The position numbers and the translations under genes are program-made. From NCBI GenBank assembly GCA_008632985.1, contig QPGO01000172.1, forward strand, positions 1-64,000: a DNA stretch of 64,000 bases, written 5' to 3'. The notes beneath the pieces were generated by a model, which was not told the DNA's origin, made no database searches, and saw only the letters and a list, made by a program, of their open reading frames with translations. How positions within the stretch are numbered: position 1 is the first letter of the stretch; each line of letters starts with the position of its first letter. Source of the stretch: Psammoneis japonica (taxonomy: Eukaryota). This document shows positions 59,571 to 64,000 of this stretch, piece by piece.

Positions 59571-61832
59571 TTGTCGTCAGGTTTGTGAAGGCACGTGAGC
59601 AGCTTGTTTGATTGCGGCGTAGAATCAAGGCACCACGACTTAACAGTGGTGAGAGGAGCTTGAATGCAATGGCACCAGGAGTTGAGAGTGGCGCTCTAGA
59701 GAGTTTGCAGGCTGAAAGAATGAAAGGGACATCGCCAACGACAACGCTGGCGCAGCAGGAGCATGTCGTGGGGGACGCAACAGTGCAGGGGCGGCGCTCG
59801 CAAGCGGGCTTGTGGCATGTTGTGCAAGTGATGGCTCTGCCGGCATGATGAAGGAACCGAAATTCGAAACTGGCAATGTCATGCCCAACAATCGAAGTGC
59901 TGCATCCTTTGTCGTTTGCCATCTTTTGCTGCTCTTCTGTTCAAGTTGTTGAACATTGTGGCAAGCAGGCAATCAGAGCCGAAATGCTCCAGCACACATC
60001 GGCGACGGGGCATGCCGTGACGAACAACCCGACGTGGACTCTGGGCAAGCAAGCACACGACGAAATCGCAAGCACTGCGACCGTCATCGCAGTCCATTTG
60101 ACGTGCACACGGAATGAATTGCGTGCAAATGAAGATTGCTGCAGTGTGCTTTTAGAGTCTTTCTGCTTCCATTGCAAAGGTTCAAAGCGTGTTTCAAAAA
60201 ATGTGAAACACACCAACATCAAAAGCAGCTGTTGAAATCGGTTGCGCAGGGTGACGTTGCCTCAAAAGCCCCGTCAAAAGATGGTGCTCAAGCTTTTGCG
60301 CATCTTCAGAGTGAAACGTCACTCAAAAAAGTAAAAGGGGGGACGTGCTTTGGAGACAACAAGAAAACTTGCGAGTCGACCGCGTTCTAAATCAATGCTC
60401 CCTGCGAGTGAAGACTTGCCGCATCATGTCGCTGATGCGACGGAACCCCAAACCTGCATTCCGTCAATGGCATGATCTGCTTGGCGAGCTTTTGCTGCTT
60501 CGTAGATGAACGCTGCTGTCTGTTTCAACAGCCGTGACCTGACGGGTCAAGCGAACAGGCAACTTCCTGCGCTCAAAGACACGAGAGTGACATGGACTCA
60601 AGGCCGGAGAGACGCACTCGATTTGCCCCGACCTCTGGACTCAACTGGCAACACCTGCGCCACCCAAAGACAACACGCCATCAAGCAAAATGAGTTGTGG
60701 AATGCCAAACAAGAGCGAGCTCTCAATCCAGAGGAAGGGCGAGCCATCCTCGGAGATTGCGGCTTCCGGCTTGGCAAACAACAAGCACATCGTGCGAGAC
60801 GATGAGTTGTGATCCGAACTCTTTCCGAGAGATTTTGTTTGTGTCGTGACCGTTGCTGCATTTCTCAATCACTGTCATTTTTGTGTGTCTCTGTAGAATT
60901 ACTACTTCTACCATGATTTCGTATGTAGAACATCCGTGAAACTTGCTACTTTCAAAATTATTACCAAATCCTACGTACACTTTACGGAACGCAAAAAATT
61001 GTCGCCAAGACTGACGTGTTCGTTGTCGAGGTCCGAGCTCGAGAATTAGCAGGTGGCACAACACATCATGCCACAGCACGGCATGACAAAGCTCCGGATT
61101 GAGATCATCACAGATCACAGTTATTGTTTGTGTCGATTGATGTTGTATTCCCAACGAAGAAAGTGAAAAAGAAACCTTTTCCGTAGTAGTACTGTACGTT
61201 GAGTGTTGTTGATTGTCGAGCTTAATTCACAGAAGAAGCATTTGATTGCAGCAAAGTATGCGAATGCTTTGCTCTGACGCATGCTTCTACTTCTACTTTT
61301 ACTTGTTTTTAATCATACCTCCAATCCATCCACTCGTATCGGTTCGTGTACGATCCCGGATATCGAGGTCCCGGTATTCACTTTTCGGGGATAATGTTCG
61401 CAAAATTTATCGTTTTGCTTTCTCAACCTACCTCTGGCCAAGTACGTTTCGTCGACACTTGGAATGACTGCATAACAGGTCTTATTCCAAAAAACAAACA
61501 GAACTCGCGGTTGTTTCGGACTCAAGCTGGACTATTATGGAAATCCTACAACAAACACGGCTACTGGCTGTCTAGACCGTGGATACTTTTTCCATGCATC
61601 AATGGAGCCATTCAATTTTTACGGGAGGTGCCGTTCGTTTTGATATTCCGGATTTTCTGCACTAAAGAATTTCACCTCGGTGATTCCAAAGTATGGGGAA
61701 GTTACCGTCGTAAATGGCGAAATCCAATTGGGAGGACTCGAAACTGTACTGTCCAAAGCTGAATTGATGAGAAACAGCCCACAAGTCTTGGTATTTACTG
61801 TAGTGTCATCTGCTGCTACAAGATAGTACAGC

Positions 61833-62545
61833 TTGGCGACCAACAGTGCCAGTGATGATGTCAAATACAATGTATTGATACTCGGTGCTTCCTATGGATC
61901 CCTATCGGCAACAGAGATTGTTCTTGCCGGCCACAACGTTACTTTGGTATGCCGAGAGGCCACAGCGGCGCTCTTCAGTGAGGGAGGTTCGGTCATTCGT
62001 ATTCCTACACGCTCGGGTGAGGAGATTGTACTACATTCAAACGACTTGATTGGAACACTCCAGGTTCAAGCTCCCAGAGAGCCTCAGTACCGTACAGCGC
62101 TCCGGGCGTTCGAGAGTTGGTACGAGCGATTGCCAAGTGCCGCAAACCAACCATGGCTGTCACCAACATGCCGCTTTTGCCGTATCTCAAGAGAATTCCG
62201 TACTTGGTCGTGTCTGGCAAAGAGTTCCGATCATGCTTTGCCGAAGCTGAATTGTAGGACGAGTTTGAACCTTTTCTCTTGACACATTGCGCAGTGCAGG
62301 TGAGATGTCGCGTGTGCAAATGGAGTTGTATGTTTTTATGCAAAAGAGAGGAAAGTGAAAGCTCACATGCATGGCATTACTTGCTTATTTTAAAACAGTC
62401 TTGATCCACAAGCATTTCGGCCGCCAGTGAAAGGAATAATGTGCCGCAAGTTCGACTTGCCACAACTTATAAGGCTTCAAACTTTGCTTTGCCACAACAC
62501 ACACAATTCTTGAAGGAGGTGGAACGTGATATTGAATATGCGTTC
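61833..62545 (+). pseudogene. Rossmann-fold, ketopantoate-reductase-like protein fragment, frameshifted and truncated
   Basis: YNVLILGASYGSLSATEIVLAGHNVTLVCR; later frames give RIAKCRKPTMAVTNMPLLPYLKRIP, LDPQAFRPP and QVRLATTYKASNFALPQHTQFLKEVERDIE; intron-like GTGAGA..ACAG at ~62300-62398. Confidence 0.65.
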
Positions 62546-62619
62546 GAGTCGGACAGCAGCAGCAAGCAGCAAGAACAAGTTCAAGCCAAGCAACACGCCA
62601 GAATGTAACAAGAGGGCTT

Positions 62620-63110
62620 CTAGGGTTTTGTGCTCTCGTGTTTGATTCGTATTGGTATGCGTAGGATGTAGCTTCTGGGAACGATCCGTTGGTTCATACG
62701 GCGAGCAAATTTACTGATGGTTCTGTTCAAAAGAAACTTTCTGGAAGCACGAATGCGATTCCAAGAAGGACTCGTCGAAATCTTGACGTTAAGATGCAAG
62801 AGTCTCAAGTTAGTAGCGCTATGCGTGAATTGACGGGACAACGCGTCGCCCTTGGTGTCATCCTTTCCATGATTTTGACCATTCTCTTTACCTATTCTGA
62901 GAAAAAATGCCACGCGACAGTCCGCGATGATTGTCCTTCACGATCAAACGGTCATTGGAGGGTTTGCAAATCAGGCTCTCGACGCTGCTCGTGCAAGCTC
63001 TGTACCTGGTTTGTACGAACGAGTATCAAGTACGGTCTACGAATTCGAGGTTGATGGCAAGGATCCTGACGAACTGGGGGACTGGGAGCTCTTGTACATT
63101 CTGGAGTAGA
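62620..63110 (+). pseudogene. Possible fragment of an ion-channel-type adenylyl cyclase (membrane segment), frameshifted
   Basis: ESQVSSAMRELTGQRVALGVILSMILTILFTYSE recalls the 'ES.VG..LS.LT..RV...VL' segment of protist ion-channel adenylyl cyclases; no catalytic domain seen. Confidence 0.35.
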
Positions 63111-64000
63111 GTTGGAGTAGAGAGCTGAGAGTAGCTTTTCGAGAATACTCGTAGACGTGGTGACGGCAGAGTAGTGGCGATGACACCCTCATGCGTAACG
63201 ACGTTAATTTGTTTTGTACACCAAGCCATGTATTCATTACTTCCAATTGACGACCTAAAAAAGCATTGGTGCTTTCGTGGACACAAAATATTTAGAGAAA
63301 TATCTGTCTCATTTGCTCTTCGTAACTTTCAATTGCCAGGTAAGACAGCCATCTGCCGCCTTTCTTCTGACCTGTTGAGCGAAAATGGTGTCAATCTCGG
63401 GCTTACGGTTTTACCTTCAATGGACAATCTCTTGATTTTGTTCTCGTCGTACAGTACTTGCTAATATATCTGTATAGTCGGTTTGACGATGCGAATTCGT
63501 ATTAATCACCGGTCGCTATGGGTTGCCTCGAAATTAACTCGAGAGCAAAACAGAAGAAATAAATTGATACGAATGGAACTCGTCGGCAAAACAGCTGCAC
63601 TTTTGACGTAACAAAGGAACCGATTATGGGCAAGACAAGAAAACAAAAGAGCAACTCAAGGACGTAAGGACCCGCAGGAAGGTAGAGCCTAAATTCTGCG
63701 AATCCACCAGCTCCAACCAAATATATGCGAAGCACTGCTGTACGCCTTGTTCATCCCTCAAAGATACTTAAATTCTTTGATACCTCTGTGAACTAATACT
63801 GCTCTACAAATGCTTTTTTGCAATAGTCTCTAGGAAGCACTTGATACGAGCACGTACTCACTGATACCTCTGAGGTCGAACTACTTCCATACTGCTATTA
63901 CCAATTACCATTGCAGCTGTGACAGCTAAAACAACGCTCTAGCTAGAGTCGGCCTGAAACCTTCCGTCGGACGCCCATTTCGATCATAACACGATACATG

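Overview
Eukaryotic, repeat-rich window, most likely from a diatom or related stramenopile (inferred from GT-AG introns, an APS kinase-ATP sulfurylase-pyrophosphatase triple fusion, a diatom-style Cys-rich GWHDSDG..ACC.C module and a Plavaka-like transposase). Only one gene looks clearly intact: a 3-exon, membrane-anchored PAPS synthase-PPase (12361-15889, minus). The rest is transposons (degenerate Plavaka-like element, three copies of a ~4.8-kb DDE/Mutator-like element, a full-length Gypsy element, five MITEs), a ~187-bp satellite, and gene fragments or pseudogenes. Main signal: in sharply bounded repeat domains TpA dinucleotides have been converted almost completely to TpG or CpA, i.e. A:T->G:C transitions on both strands, the reverse direction to fungal RIP. 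The direction is set by Tyr->Cys/His changes in conserved motifs, a TTAA target site and a splice donor; paired LTRs and duplicated segments agree. Second signal: a conserved ~250-285-nt structured module with compensatory stem changes, present four times (in each DDE copy and once elsewhere) and sharing motifs with the element's left end. All alignments were made by eye; family assignments come from motif recognition, not database searches.
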